A program made the translations under genes and the position numbers. A stretch of 64,000 nt of DNA. It comes from Neodothiora populina (lineage: Eukaryota). A model generated the notes under the pieces. The model was given only the letters and a program-made list of their open reading frames with translations. It was not told the DNA's origin and ran no database searches. The first letter of the stretch is position 1; each line of letters starts with the position of its first letter. The stretch is taken from positions 434,001-498,000 of the forward strand of contig NW_027191415.1 of assembly GCF_041146345.1 (NCBI RefSeq). Direction: 5' to 3'. Positions 13,336 to 26,792 of this stretch are shown piece by piece.

Positions 13336-13367
<32 letters not shown>
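13336..13367. repeat. (GT)16 microsatellite
   Basis: Direct reading. Confidence 0.95.
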
Positions 13368-13370
<3 letters not shown>

Positions 13371-13456
13371 GCCAGACGCAGCAGCGTAGCGTCCTGTATA
13401 AGGTATGTTACTTTCTCCGCCACACGCCTCGGGTACAAGTACTGTACGCTATAGTG

Positions 13457-13481
13457 CAGTACAGTACAGTACAGTACAGTA
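13457..13481. repeat. (CAGTA)5 tandem repeat
   Basis: Direct reading. Confidence 0.9.
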
Positions 13482-14183
13482 CGTAGCAAAACAGTACCTT
13501 TGCCATTCCATGCTACACCTTGTAATGCAAGAACAGCAAACGTTCTCGGCCAGCACTGCCTACCATCACTTACGGGCTACAGGTAAACTCATATCCTTTT
13601 GATTCGTGAAGTTCATCATAACTAATTGCTACCGGGACTTAGAACCCATCACACTAAACCCAACCCAAGCTAACCAAAGCCAGCAATAAGCACAATGATG
13701 CAAAACGAGACTAGCTAGAGAGCTCGTCTGAAAAAACATAACAGTTCGTGAAGAAACCGAAAAGAAAGAAACCTGAATTCCCACGCGAAACGCGGCATTT
13801 TTGCTATTAAAACAACGTTCTAATGTTACGGTATCTAACAGGCATAAGTGCAGCTGTACAACAGAAACAGAAAAGTAATGAAGCAGTGAGAGTGAAGAAA
13901 TGAGATCGAAAAAGGGAAGTAGTTAGGAAAGGAAATGAGGGAGGTGTCAAGACTTGTCTCATCCGTCGTGTGAAGCTGTGACAGAAAAGCAGAAAAAGAC
14001 GAAATGAGAGGGAGGAAGAACAGCGACGACCGTGATGTAGATATCAATCAAAGAAAAACAAAAGGAATGTGTGGATGAGAATGACTTCTCCTCTGTCAGT
14101 TACCTTCCATTTATTTCAATGACCCCGCTTTCGCCAAAAGGACAAAAAACCAAAACCAGTCGTGTCAATCGTCAAAGCCGCTC

Positions 14184-16554
14184 CTACTCTGCCAACACCA
14201 TTCTCAGCATGGTGACGAAACCCTCTCTCATCTTAACCACTTCATGGATATCAGGCTTGACGGGTTCGCCCGCTCTAGCCCTCAACAGATCCGAGGCGCG
14301 CGCTCGTCTTTTCCTCTCTGCCACGATAGGATCGACGTCCTCGTCGTCGTCATCCGAGTCGCTGAATTCGTCGTCTTCGTCGTCTTGTAGGTCCTGCAGG
14401 TCCATGGCGTGCAGACCAAAGTCTCCTGGCTGGAATCCCATCGTGATGTCTCCTGTGCCGCCGGGGGAGTTGTCGTCGCCGGTCGCGGCCATCTTCTGGC
14501 GGGTCTTGTCTTGGTGCCACTTCTTGCGCTTTTCTTGCCATTTGATCAGAGAGTTGATCTCGCGAATGGTCTCGTCTTTGTCGATCAGGTTCATGTCGAC
14601 TGCACCGAGGAAGAGCGCATTCATGTCTAGTTTTCCTCCACCGCGCGGTCCGTTGCGCAAGAAACCAAGAATGCTCTCGATCCAAGACATGAGCTTGTCG
14701 AAGAGTCCATTGTCGTGACAGTGGACTTCATGCACAAACTTGTAGAGGTTGTGCTCGTGACGGGCGCACAAATCAATAAACGATTGGACTGTTTGGTTCG
14801 GATCTGCAGATACGTCTTGTCGTTGGCACTTTTCGATTGTGGCGATTGCATCATCGGCAAAGTGCGCGAAATCGGTTATGCTGTTGTAGACATTTGCAGA
14901 TTTGTACACCCGAACGAGGGGTTCGTAGAAAATGGTGAACAGGTCACGGAAGAGCCTCAGTGTTGTGGGCTCTTCGATCATGCGCAGCATCATTGTCTTG
15001 TCCCGCTTGCGTGTCTCGAGCTTCAGGAGAGATTTCAGATGAGCAAAGTCTTCAGCACCGTGTCGCATTTCCTCATCGACCTGTTGATGCAAGTCAGTAT
15101 TGCGCAAGAGGATCACACTCGCTGGGCTGCAAGTAGTACTTACGTTCTCAACAGCACTGTTCCACGCGACCCAAGAGTTCACCACTCTAGCCGTATCCTC
15201 AGGACCAAGTTCAGGCTGCAGCGTCTCGCTTCGAAGTATAGACACGAGCAGATCAGTGCCATCGGATGCCGACTCTTCCCGAATGGTGTCCTTGACTGGC
15301 TCGTCCGCTTCGACATAATTCCGGATCTTCTCGGCGAATACTGGCTCATCGATCTTGTTCTTCAGGGAATCGATACTTCTTTGCACTGAGCGAACACCAT
15401 CGTTGAGAGCCATGCCGAATATGCGTTGTAGTAATGACTTGGCTCCGAAAGGTTGAGCGAGGAACAGGTCCAGCACACCTGCCATGACCGCTGCCGGGTT
15501 GGCGAAGCGGATGATTTGTTTCAGTGCGGCATATGGTATGAGAGAATGAATGCGCTTGAATTGTGCAAATAATTCAGGACTGTTGTCTTCAGCAAGGAAG
15601 AGATGGTATATGGTAGCAGCAACCCTGGAAATGTCTTATTAGATGGAGGTGGCATGGCACGAAAGCTTGAGAACATCTTTCTTACTCGATCCGTAGCCAC
15701 TCGGCAAACTTCTTGTACTCGGGTGAAAGTTCGTTTATGGTGTTCTTCTGCCTGATCTCCTGGAACAGTCTTGAAAGGCCATCTGTAAAGGGCAGGTCAA
15801 CAATCATCATTCGAGAAAAGTTACTTTCTGGAGAAAGGACTTACTGCGCTCGACGATATCACGTCTGAACTTCTCCATGTGAACATCAAGCTCTCGCGCT
15901 CTCGCTCTGGCGATTTCATAGAATCGTCTCTGCTCTTCCATACGCTTCTCGTCCATCTCGACTCTGCGTCTGACGTCGTCCCAATCTTCGTGGTGCAGCT
16001 GAATCTCATCCTTGGTCAAGAATTCGTTCATAGCCGCGCTGTTGGCGATGTTCTCGTTCTGCAAGAAGTTCCTCAAGAAGGCACGGAGCGAGACACGCTG
16101 CTCTTCACGATGTAGGACGCGCGGCGGCGAGTTGTTCCTACTGTGATCTCCGGACAAGCGAAGATTTGTTGACGACGTAGCGTCCATTGAGACTCTGGGA
16201 GATGGAACGGGTGACGGTCGCGACGGAGTTCTCTTGTGGCCACCCCCACCCATGCCACTGAATGGATTTGGCAAATAACTTCTGAAGCCTCCACTGGCGG
16301 GAGCTGGTACCGCCAATGGATCCGCAGACGCAGTGGACATTGAGGACATCGAGTCCGAATCTGAATCATCGGCTTTGCCAGTATACAGTGACTGCGAACG
16401 GTTCTTTCGCGGTGGAGGTGGTAGGACCTTGCCAGGCAGCTCGACTCGCAGTCGTTTGTGCAGCTTGATGAAGTCTCCGTATCTCCGGCCGACGTACATT
16501 TCAGGCTGTCCTGCTCGCTTTATCCGTAGCAAGAACAGCTGAGATGAAATGTCA

Positions 16555-16604
<50 letters not shown>

Positions 16605-17672
16605 TCAAAGACTTACTGCATGTTTGTGGTTTCTGACGTGTCTCTTCTCGCTGACCATCCTCACACCGGCGACATTCACATCCCAACCGTTGATGTAGTG
16701 TCCTTCCGGGGCATTGACCACCAGACCTTGCTCATTTGCGCCTCGATCGACGACCTCCATTTCGGAGAAGCGTATTCGCTCCTCGTAGCCAGAAGCCGTG
16801 GGTATACCGGAGACCATCATCAACTCGACTAGTTTATGCGCCTTGACGGCGAGTTTGCGTCTCTTTGTCTCTTCTGATCTGTCTTCCGAACTCGAGATGC
16901 GCTTGTTGGCGAAGCTTTCGAGGAACTGTGATGAGCATGTGTCAGACAAAAGGACAAACGAATGCAAAAGCACGGCTTAACTCACCACCTGCAGCTTGTC
17001 CTGCCAGAACTCCCTCTCTTTCGCTTGATCCAGAAATGGGAAATTGCGCACAAAATGCACAAAGATGTATCTCAGCAAGGGCAGATCCGAGTCCTCGGGT
17101 GCTATTTCTCCAGCATCTGACTTGAAGGGTGCGCCAAAGCGTTGTAGCGCCGTGGGCGAGGAGAGCTCGCTGATCTCCCATTCTGTTTGTTGCGAAATGA
17201 GTTCTCGCTTGAGATCTGTTCATTGGAATCGTCTCAGGTCAGTCTTGTGATTTGGATCGTGCATACTCATGCGCATTGGATTGAAGAGCATATCATGTCT
17301 TTTGAGCCATTACGTACAATGCTCTTGTTTGCCCGTCAAGACCGATCCAGGCGGAGGTATCGACTGCTTGCTCGCGGTAGAGAAGGTGGAAATGCTCGCT
17401 CTGGTGTCTCTCCGTCTCGGTATGGCGTGTGACGACTGCAATTGAACCCTGGCGTTTCTCGACCTGTCGTCACTGTCTTGTACTTCCTCTGGCTCTTCCG
17501 GCGCAGTAGCAAAGCGTTGAATGCCTGTTGTCGGCGGTCCGTCATCCGCCGGTCGCGAGTCTCGGCTCGGCAGAGTCGTCACATTGGAGTCGATGTCGTT
17601 GTTGTTCATGGGCTCGACGATGCCCGAGGACATGGCCAGGGTGCTGTTTGCGTGTGGTGAGGAATTCATCAT
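14184..17672 (-). CDS. PX-domain protein of the YPR097W/Lec1 type (PXB + PX + DUF3818); multi-exon
   Basis: Exons encode LTGKQEHYLKRELISQQ, FLESFANKRISSSEDRSEETKRRKLA, YVGRRYGDFIKLHKRLRVELPGKVLP (PX) and DLFLAQPFGAKSLLQRIF..YEPLVRVYKSANV; canonical GT-AG introns. Confidence 0.85.
16561..16600. repeat. (TC)20 microsatellite inside an intron of the PX gene
   Basis: Direct reading; lies in minus-strand intron about 16539-16616. Confidence 0.95.
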
Positions 17673-19311
17673 GGCGGTCTATCTGATGAATTAATGTCGT
17701 CCTTTTCGGATAATCGCAGACAAGTTGTGCGACAGCGACTTGTGTAACTAAAAGTGCGTCCTGGGTATGTTTGAAACCAGGCACTGGCAGGAAAGGTTAT
17801 ATGTAGCAAATGTAATGATGATTCGCGCCTCTTTGCGATGACGACTTGAATGCGTGTATTAGCGCTTTCGCATTCCAAAGCCTCAGTTGCTGTTTTCCGT
17901 GGAGATGAGAGTACCACTGGTAGTGGAATAAGCGCCGAGCTTGATTGGATATTGGAATTGCAGATAAATGGGAAGAGAAGACAATGAGGCAACTTAGTGC
18001 GGTGCGAAGGACACCGATGAGAGAGGGATAGAAGCGTTGCTATCCGACCTCCACTATGTTTCTCCAGAGCAAGCAAGCCTGGCTAAGGTACTGTGTGACT
18101 ATGACTGACCCACTATATGCCACCACGAGACTCCAGAGTCAGCAGGTTATTTGTTCTAATCGATAAAGGGCGTTGCGTTGCTGTGCTTTGCGTTGCGGTG
18201 CGATGCGGGACTCGAGCGATGATCGTCAACAAAAGTAAGTGGAGAGAGCTGAGAGGGTATGACGATTGTTCTAGAAAATATATTGTTTCCGACGGAGAAG
18301 TATGGAGGGGCCGAAGGAGTGAGAGATGAATATATATCTGAAGAAACGAGAACAAAACAACAAGAAAAGCCATCATCATCATCTCTCCTTCCCTCCTCCC
18401 ACACTGCCCGCTACTGTACCTACTTTTGCTTCAACATGTGGGCATGACACAAACGCGTAGACCAAATGACGTTGCTTTTGCTTGGTTCCCTCAAGGTACA
18501 AGTACAGTCACAAATGTTACAGCAAGATAGTGGGCGAGTCAAGGTAAAAGCCCCACCAACTTCTGGGGGAAGGGCTCACTCTATTACCTGATCTCAATTC
18601 TTGGCTTCATACCAGATCTTGGCTTTCCGTGCTTCTTGCTCCTCGCCTCTCATCCTGAGAAAGGACTTTGCCCAGACGGCACATCTTCCATCTTGCCCCT
18701 CTTGTTCCCCCTTCCCGCCCGCCTTACCCGTTTATGCACACGCATCTGCTCCCCCCCCGGCGAGCATTACTGCGCCTCCGATGCCGTGCGTTCTGACTAT
18801 CCCAGTGTGCATGAAGCACAAAGCCTGTGGACGCGTGGTCGACTCAGGAACACAGCCACCGAAAGCAAGGTCATCTGCTGCTTTCTATACCTACCGTACC
18901 CATACACACCATCAATTGGTCACATTCATTCAGAATCCAATCACATCTGGTTTCTTTACCCTGTCTCCGTCGACTTCAATTTTCATGTCCTTACTTGCTA
19001 CCCACTATGGCTCAAGTTTTGCTACTATTAGAATTTTCCCTTTTCCCTTTTCTCTTGCCTCTGCTCGCCGAAGCCCACCTTCCCCGTCATTCGTACAGTC
19101 TTTACACATGGCGTGCTTGCGTGGTACTAGACCAAACGCGAGCCCTAGCAGCGTCCGTTTGCGCCACTATGCCCATGCTATTTCCAGTCCCCTTCCCAAT
19201 CACTTCTCTCCACTTGATCCAACTACCCGAAGAACGAAAAAAGCAGCCCCACGTACATAAACGCCATCACAGCTCTTATCTACCTGCCAAGTGACAGGCA
19301 GGAGACTGCCC

Positions 19312-22275
19312 TTAGTAGTCTAGTTCTGTAGTGCCAGTGTTGCCACCCGCAGCATCGAGATCGTTGTAAGACTTCATCGTCCTTCCCTCGACTGCTTGCT
19401 TGGGACCTAATGTGCCCTCTCCGCCTTCCATGAATATACCACGTCCACGAGGAGGTGTGAGACGTCCGGAGATGCTGCGTCTAGGCTCTCGTCCCATGCC
19501 ACGGTTATCGTAAGGTCCGGGAGCGCGGTTGTGCATGCGCATGTTGCTGCGCATAGGACCAACTCCACGCTCTCCACCCGCCACACCAAAGGGAGGCATG
19601 CTGACACCGAATTGTCCCATCATGGGGTTGAAGCCTATGGGGTTAGGCACGAGCATCTGTCCGCCGTTATGGTAAGACATGCTGTTGAGATTGAATCCGC
19701 GTGGGGTCCCGGATGGCATGTTGTTGTTCATGGGGAAGTGTCCGTTGCTACTAGCATCGTTACGCCCCTGAGCAAGACGTGCAGGGTCGAGTACATAGCG
19801 ATTGACCAGTTCAATCTGTAGAACGTCAGTATCAGTCTTGCCAATTAGCCAAGTGCAACCAATTTTTCTTACATCGTGCTTGACCGTCTCGAACCACTCT
19901 GCGTGACGCTTCTCGACGTGTTTACGCCAGAATCCGGCGCTCTTAAACATCTTCGGACAATCCGGTACTTTGCATCGGAACTTAGACTCGTCCTCCTGCT
20001 TGACGAACTTGCTGAGCTCCTCTTCGAGCCCTTCCTCCAGAGGTCTGCCGCCAAGCTTCTTAACATCGACGTTCTCAGGTTCGAGCACCTGCAAGAGCTT
20101 CTCTTCGAAGGTCTTGACCCAATTGAATGCCTTCTGCAATTGGTTTCTGCCATGTGTGGGTGGAGCTTTCTTCTCTTCGACCGGAGACGCGCCTTCCTCA
20201 CCCTCTGTGGCGGTTGTTTCCTGGCGCTTGAACGGGAAAACATCGCCATTCGCCGTAGCTTTGGCAGTCTCCTTGGCCGCGGACGTCAAGCTGGCTCGGG
20301 GGCGTCGGAGATGGCCTCCAGCGCACTTGCGTTGCAACTCGTGAACCGAGTCGCATTCGAAGACACAGTAGAAGCAGAAGTTGTGGACGCGGCGAAGGTA
20401 TTCGATCAATAGGTCCAGCTTCTTCTTCTTGATCAGAAGCTCTTCGTCATCAACTTCATCGTCGACAGGCACCTGCTCTTCTTCGCCCTCTTCCATGTCA
20501 TCGTCCTCGTCAACCCCTTCACTCTTCTTGGCAGCAGCGGCTGTGATGGGAGGCTGGAGATAGCCCTTGCCGGCAAGTTCGGTAACTCTGTCTTCGACCT
20601 TGCTCAGACCGTCTACTTCGGAACCAATTTCTTCGTCTAGCTTCTTCACGAGGCGAACAGCAAGATCCAAGTCACGCTCCACGCGTTCGGGTGCCGAGAA
20701 GAGATCCCATAGGGCCTTCTTGCGTGGGTTCTCTTGTGGGTGATGGACACCAACGTGCACGGTAAAGTCACCTTTCTCGGGGTCGTGTATCGTCTTGTTG
20801 TTGATCTCAGCGAGTGCCTTTTCGCATGTAGACGCAGTCGAGTTGGGCTTGGCATCAGTCATGGCATTGTCCTGATCCTCGCCGTCTTCCTCATCACGGC
20901 TGCTGCGGCGACGGTCTTCACCTTCATCATTTGACTCCGAGGCGGCGTTGAGCATGATCCATCCTAGTCTGTGGAACTTCTTGCCAGGGTTTGGATCACT
21001 CAGACTAAGCCACTTGTATCCGCCTTCGCCCTCGCCGAGGTGCTCCTTGCAGAATTCCTCCATCTTCTCACGAGATACCGCTGGAGTGATGGTCTTGACA
21101 AGCAAGGTCGGCTGGTAAGCTACGGGGTCGCGTATGTCTGCGCCCTTGGTTGGAATGAGATCCGAAACAGCGAGGACTTCGGCTGCCGCTACAGCTTCGC
21201 CTTCCTCTTTCTCAACAACGCCACCAGAACCGTTCGCCTCCGTCTTGTAGATACCCTCGAGGGTGAACTCGTCAAGGATTCCGGAACCGAGATCATTCTC
21301 CCAAAGGTTGTAAAGACCACGTCTAAAGTCCAGGACTTTTGCACGCAACGGGTCGCGAATCTCCGGCACATACCTTTCGCGAAACCAAGTATCGTATTTG
21401 TGACCATGCACAAACATCTTCGACATTCGTGTGTTCCAGTTGAGTTTATACTGGTCGTAGGCAGCCTGGATCTTGGCTCGTTGTTCCTCGCGGGTTTCCT
21501 TGACTGCGTCCTGACGACGTCCTCCAGTCTTTTGACGTTCACGCTCTGCCTTGATCTCCTGCTCCGTCTTCCACCACTCCGAGAACCAGCTGAAGCCGAC
21601 CTGGGTGGGCTCGAGAAGAGGGTCTCTGAGCTGATTGACGGGGATCGGCCGAGGAATTGGCTCTTCTCCAGGAACGTATCGATCGATGTTCTTATGTGAA
21701 GCACCATGCGAGGCATGAGGGGAGGATTGACGGCGGTCCCGGGTGTCGCGATTGTCGCGGTTGTCGCGGCGGTAGTCATCGCGAGCTCGATAGTGATCGT
21801 TGCGAGAATGGTCGGGTTGATAGCGGTCTACCTTGTAACCGGCTACTGGCGAACGCGAGCGACGGCGATTGTTCCTGCCAGCAGCTCCTGCGACACCGGG
21901 AGCGTCAGCAACTTGAACATGCGGGTATCGTGTATAGCCTCCGCGGAAGCGTCAAAGCTCTCTGCCAACCAAGAGTGGTTATGACTCTTGTCTTCGGGCT
22001 GATCGTTTATGCGGCTAACCCATGAGACCACGCATGCCACGGGTAGCAGTGCAATCAATTGAGGCCACGTGCCCAGCGCCCCGATGCGTCTTGCTGTGTG
22101 ACAGAGAGGAATAGTGATTGACTGTTGTATCATAGACAAGCTTACCATTGGGACTTCTGCGCCGCGAGTCTCTATATGGCTCTCTTTCACGAGCAGGGTA
22201 GCTCTCACGCTCATAACTGTCTATACGAGACAAGTCATTCGGCGAGGGAGCGGGATAAGTATCGTAGTTGTCCAT
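19312..22275 (-). CDS. ARS2: ARS2/SERRATE (Pir2-like) cap-binding-complex effector; 3 exons
   Basis: RS/RD-rich N-terminus, FSWFSEWW, HKYDTWFRERYVPE, WLSLSDPNP, LDLLIEYLRRVHNFCFYC..KCAGGHLR, C2H2 FRCKVPDCPKMFK..WRKHVEKRH and C-terminal SYNDLDA; introns 21888-22145 and 19816-19872. Confidence 0.9.
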
Positions 22276-23425
22276 CGTGATGAACTACTAGTGGTAATTG
22301 ATGACCAAGGCGCGCATGTAAAGGAGGCGTTGACGGGAATGAGGGGAACGACAACAGAAACTATCAAAGATCAAGTCTTCGAGTTGTTCTACCTTCCTGT
22401 CAACTTGTGTCGCCGACACGCGATCGGCGGATCAATTGCTCTGTAGTCGGGCATGACGCGTTAGAATATGCCAAATCGGTGGGCGAAACGAGGTATATGA
22501 CAGAGCTGAAAATGGATTTGAAGCGCAACGCCGGAATGATTGACAGAAAGCAGCGGAAAGGTAGATTCAAACAGAAAAGAAGGGAGTGAGTGCTCGGAAT
22601 GAAGTAGAAGAATAGCACGAGTGGAAGAGGAGGATGAGTAGGACACGAGTGGAGGTTGGTAGACGTGATAGAAGTCTCATAAGGAATAGAGACATACGAA
22701 CAATTGTAGAGACAGCGAAGAAGTAGTCGTGAGTCCAAAAGAACAATTCAATTCCAGTCCACTCTACAGATTCGACGCGATGCTGGGCATTACGTCTGAT
22801 CCGATGATTGATGGAGAGATGGTGTATAGGGTAAGGTGTCCAGCAAGGACGGGTATGGAGGTGAATGGCTGGAGTAGGCAGGTGCGACGGTCAATGGCAG
22901 GTGTGGAGCACAGATCCACAGCTTCAGAGCGGCGCCAAGACGATCCGGCGTTCAGCACAAATCAGGAACCTGATCGACACTGCTAGGCAGCCAATCGGAT
23001 TCTCGTGTTGCAGACGTATTACTAACGCGCGCGACGCGCCGCTCTTGTTTTGGAATCTGACAGTTAATGAGTGGAGGCTAAGGTAAATGTGGGGAAAGCT
23101 CAAAGGTCAGGTAAGGGTATAGATCGAGGTGCAGTGCTATAGCAGTCAGGGCCAAACTGGTGACGCAGCCGTCATCCACACTTGCTAGCAAAGTGAATCG
23201 ATAGAGTAAGATTTGAGCGAGGGGGATTTATACCTTCGTCGAGAGTCTCTCAAATAGCTTTACCCATCACCGTTCTAATCCACACTGTAATTGCTTGCGT
23301 CTTCAGTCAAACATATACACAAACCTTTGGCTCAAAGTGGTAAGCAAGCCAGCTTCACACTTGACAAACAATACCACAATTGAGTCTAACTCACGCCTCT
23401 TACATAGCCACGCCGACCCGACACC

Positions 23426-24160
23426 ATGACCGCGTACATTCCATCCATCACGCTGCCCGGACTCATATTCGAGAACCCGGCAGCTTCTATCTTGCTACCT
23501 GTCGCCCTTGGGACCGCGGTTGGGTACTCCAACAGACGTATGTTTGCAACTCCATCGTGTCCTCACAGGGATTCGAGACAGCAGAGAAGCCTGACAAGCA
23601 ATTCTGACATGGACTTAATCTAGCCAAAGACACACAAGCAACTTACATGGCGATGAAACAACCTCCTTTCAGACCCCCTCCATATGTGTTTGGCCCTGCT
23701 TGGACGGCTCTGTACAGCTTGATGGGCTATGCCGCCTACCGCGCATGGAACACGGGTATGAACTCATGGGATCCTGCTAAGATCGAACTCACCAAGGTCA
23801 GCACTTCATCCAATTCGCGCGACTTTGCTCCACATAAACGCTTGACATGAGAAATTGACATGGACTTTGCTCCGATCACAGCAAGGTGCAACTCTTTACA
23901 CCATTCAACTCGCGCTCAACCTCATCTGGATGCCACTGTTCTTCAACTTGAAGCGGCCTATCGCCGCAACTGTTGATGTTGCCGTTTTGACTGGTGTGAC
24001 TGGTTATATGGCCTACATCTGGAGTCAGGTCGATGAGGTCGCTGGCTATGCGCTCGTTCCATACCTCGGTTGGCTGTCGTTCGCTACTTATCTTAGCGCA
24101 GGCTGCGGTTACCTGAACAACTGGGACCTGAAGGGCAAGGAGGTGCCCAAGGCGCAGTGA
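23426..24160 (+). CDS. TspO/MBR (translocator protein) family membrane protein; 3 coding exons plus a 5'UTR intron
   Basis: KQPPFRPPPYVFGPAWTALYSLMGYAAYRAW, QLALNLIWMPLFF and PYLGWLSFATYL; introns 23538-23623 and 23797-23881. Confidence 0.93.
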
Positions 24161-26792
24161 GTGGGATGCTGTCGAACAGCAGGAGGTAAAGCTAGGCGCA
24201 ACCTCAATCAGCAAGGTTCGCATTGGAGCATCGGAGACGGGCAAGCGATCTCCTGCTTGCTGATAGTATGAGTCAATCACTTGATCGTATCGGACGGGTC
24301 GTTTTTGTCAGCTATAGACGTAATGCCTGTGTAACTCTTCCTCATTCGCTGGTATACATGCGTGCCTCGGCGTTTGCCTATGTGCACCGTGTCCTTCGAA
24401 CTGTCCCATGTGCAACCCATTTGTCAAGTGGAATCCAGGCTGACTCTGTTACAAGAGCCGGGCCTCGTCCTCGCCATAATTCGACCCCTGAGGTGCTCTG
24501 ACGAACCTGACGTATTATAACACGTGCGAAATGAGCCCCGTGATCGCAGCGAAAGGTAAAATGAGATGTCACCACCACAAGAAAGTCACATCTGGCACGG
24601 GTTCATGATTTGACTTTCATCCATGCATCCTTCGAGAAGGATACAAGAGCGAAGTCAATTGCACCCTCATACCAAGCATACGAAAGTCCCGTATACCCGG
24701 GTTCGGAGTGCGCCGAAACATAATGTCGATCAATCAAGTAGAGGATTTCTACCGCGCAAATCAGAAGTGACCAGAGATCGGGGGGGGGGCGCGGATACGA
24801 GACGGAGACGATGATCATTTGAGGACATCAGCAGCGGCAGAGCGGGCAAGGAGACGGCGAGGCAACCAAAAGGCACTGGCGACACAGCCAGGCAACCGCG
24901 GAGGGTTTGCAGCGGGCTTAGCTTCATGCGCAATGGACAGGGTTAGTTAGCCTTGACAGGCAAGGTAGGTGCAAGTACGACAGCCAAGCCGGGGCATGTT
25001 CAAGTAAACTCAGATGCGTTAGCAGTGCTAGCAGTGAAGCGAGAAACGACCTGGAAAGTCAATGGCCGGCGCAGTAATGACCCGTAATCATTGGCCGCGA
25101 TCTGGGGTGCAGATGTACAGTGGTACAGTAGCGTCGACCATATGGGTGTTCCCACTGACCGGTTTGTGGATTTCGCGGGTGAGAAACTAAGATGATGGCT
25201 GAATGGTACGTCCGAGTATGACTCAATGAACCTCTTGCTCGCATGTGTTCGTAACTTACCTCCATAGGCGAGGTATGAGGGCATGTTCACAAGCGGATTG
25301 CTTGCGGATAACAGCGGGCTTGGTATGTTTACCTTTTCGTTTCAGCTTTAGCTCTGTCTTGCTCTATTGTCGAACGTAGACATGGAAAACAATCTATCTC
25401 GGCAGTCTCCAATCATATCTGGTGGTGCAAGGATAGGACTTCACCGGCATGATGTTCACTCGATGATTGGTTTCACGGCTTGCAGTGATATGGGCTGGCG
25501 GAGCATTGAGGCACAGTACAGTGCATACAGGAGGATTCCCATTCCAGGTCTTATGCCACTTCAGAAATGGACGGACTGCTATGTGTCCTAAGGTGAGGTA
25601 ATGTCTGATGTCCATCAATGGCTTCGTTGTCCGGGGTGGGTGAGCGCAAGCGAGACAGTGCGGGATGGCTTCGTCCGACTCGCTACTCGTATCTGACTTG
25701 GCGAGAGACCATCTATTTAGCTACGAGTACAGGTTTGGCTGTCCTACAGTAGTAGCACGAACGCCCACCTGGCTTTCGCGCTAGTGTTGATACATGTAAC
25801 ATGTCATCGCCCTGTACACAGCAATTGCGCAGTTGCGGCAAGTAGCGCGATCACACGTAGCTGCTCGGGGCACACGAAGAGTACTGCGCATAGGTAGGTA
25901 AGGTATGGTAGCCAAGATAGCGCTTATGAACCAAGCTATCACCCGAATGCATGGGTCAGTGTGGATTTGCGGCGGGAACACTACTGGAGTGATCATACGG
26001 CTTCCTTAAAGTGCTATATCCTTATGGCGATCATTGACTTCTCGGACCGCCGGTGAATTGATGAGTCTTGTACTGTAGTTCGGTCTTCAATCTACCTAGT
26101 CTTTTGATCCCACGGGTGAATTCTCTCGCATTCCATAGGCTCGGATGTAAACACATAGCAGGGACAGCGTTGTTCGCGAGCGTCAGAGGGTAAGAGTGCT
26201 CCTTGGTTTCGCTGTCCTCCGATGGAGGATGACATGCGTTGAAGTCGACGTTATGCGAAGTGTACGCCGTGTTTACCGATCAGAACGTGGAACTGTAAAC
26301 AATGATTGAGTAACAAGAGAGACATCGACACCGAGTCGACCTCGGGTTTTCATGCCACAAAGCAGCGAGTCTGCGAAGTGGTCATCGTGAGTGGTGTAAA
26401 TGGTGCAGCGGCAATAAGTGCCGCCCACGGGCTGCCATCAATCCTGCAGGTCCGCTTGCACACCGGTTGGCACTCGGCTACCAAACAGAACTCGTGCCGT
26501 ACCTCTGCAACTGCAACAGCCACAATTACAGGGCAGATCGCACTTTCGCTCCGCCTACTTGCTGTGCTGTACATTATACATACATCATAACTACACTCAG
26601 CCAACGACTTGAGGCCTCGAGTATTTCTTAAGCCCCGGCCTCCCTACTTCTTCACCTGCTTCTGCTCCTTTTCCCCTTTGCCCTACCACCGTTTGCACGT
26701 ACACTTCCAACCAGACCATACTACACTGTAGTCTATCACAAGTCCTTCCGTGAAGTCTTTGATCACCATCCTTGGTGACCATCAAAGACCTC

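Noticed and set aside
18601..19294. 219-aa and 155-aa + strand ORFs downstream of ARS2
   Set aside because: Non-ATG starts, low-complexity translations, and antisense to the probable ARS2 3'UTR.
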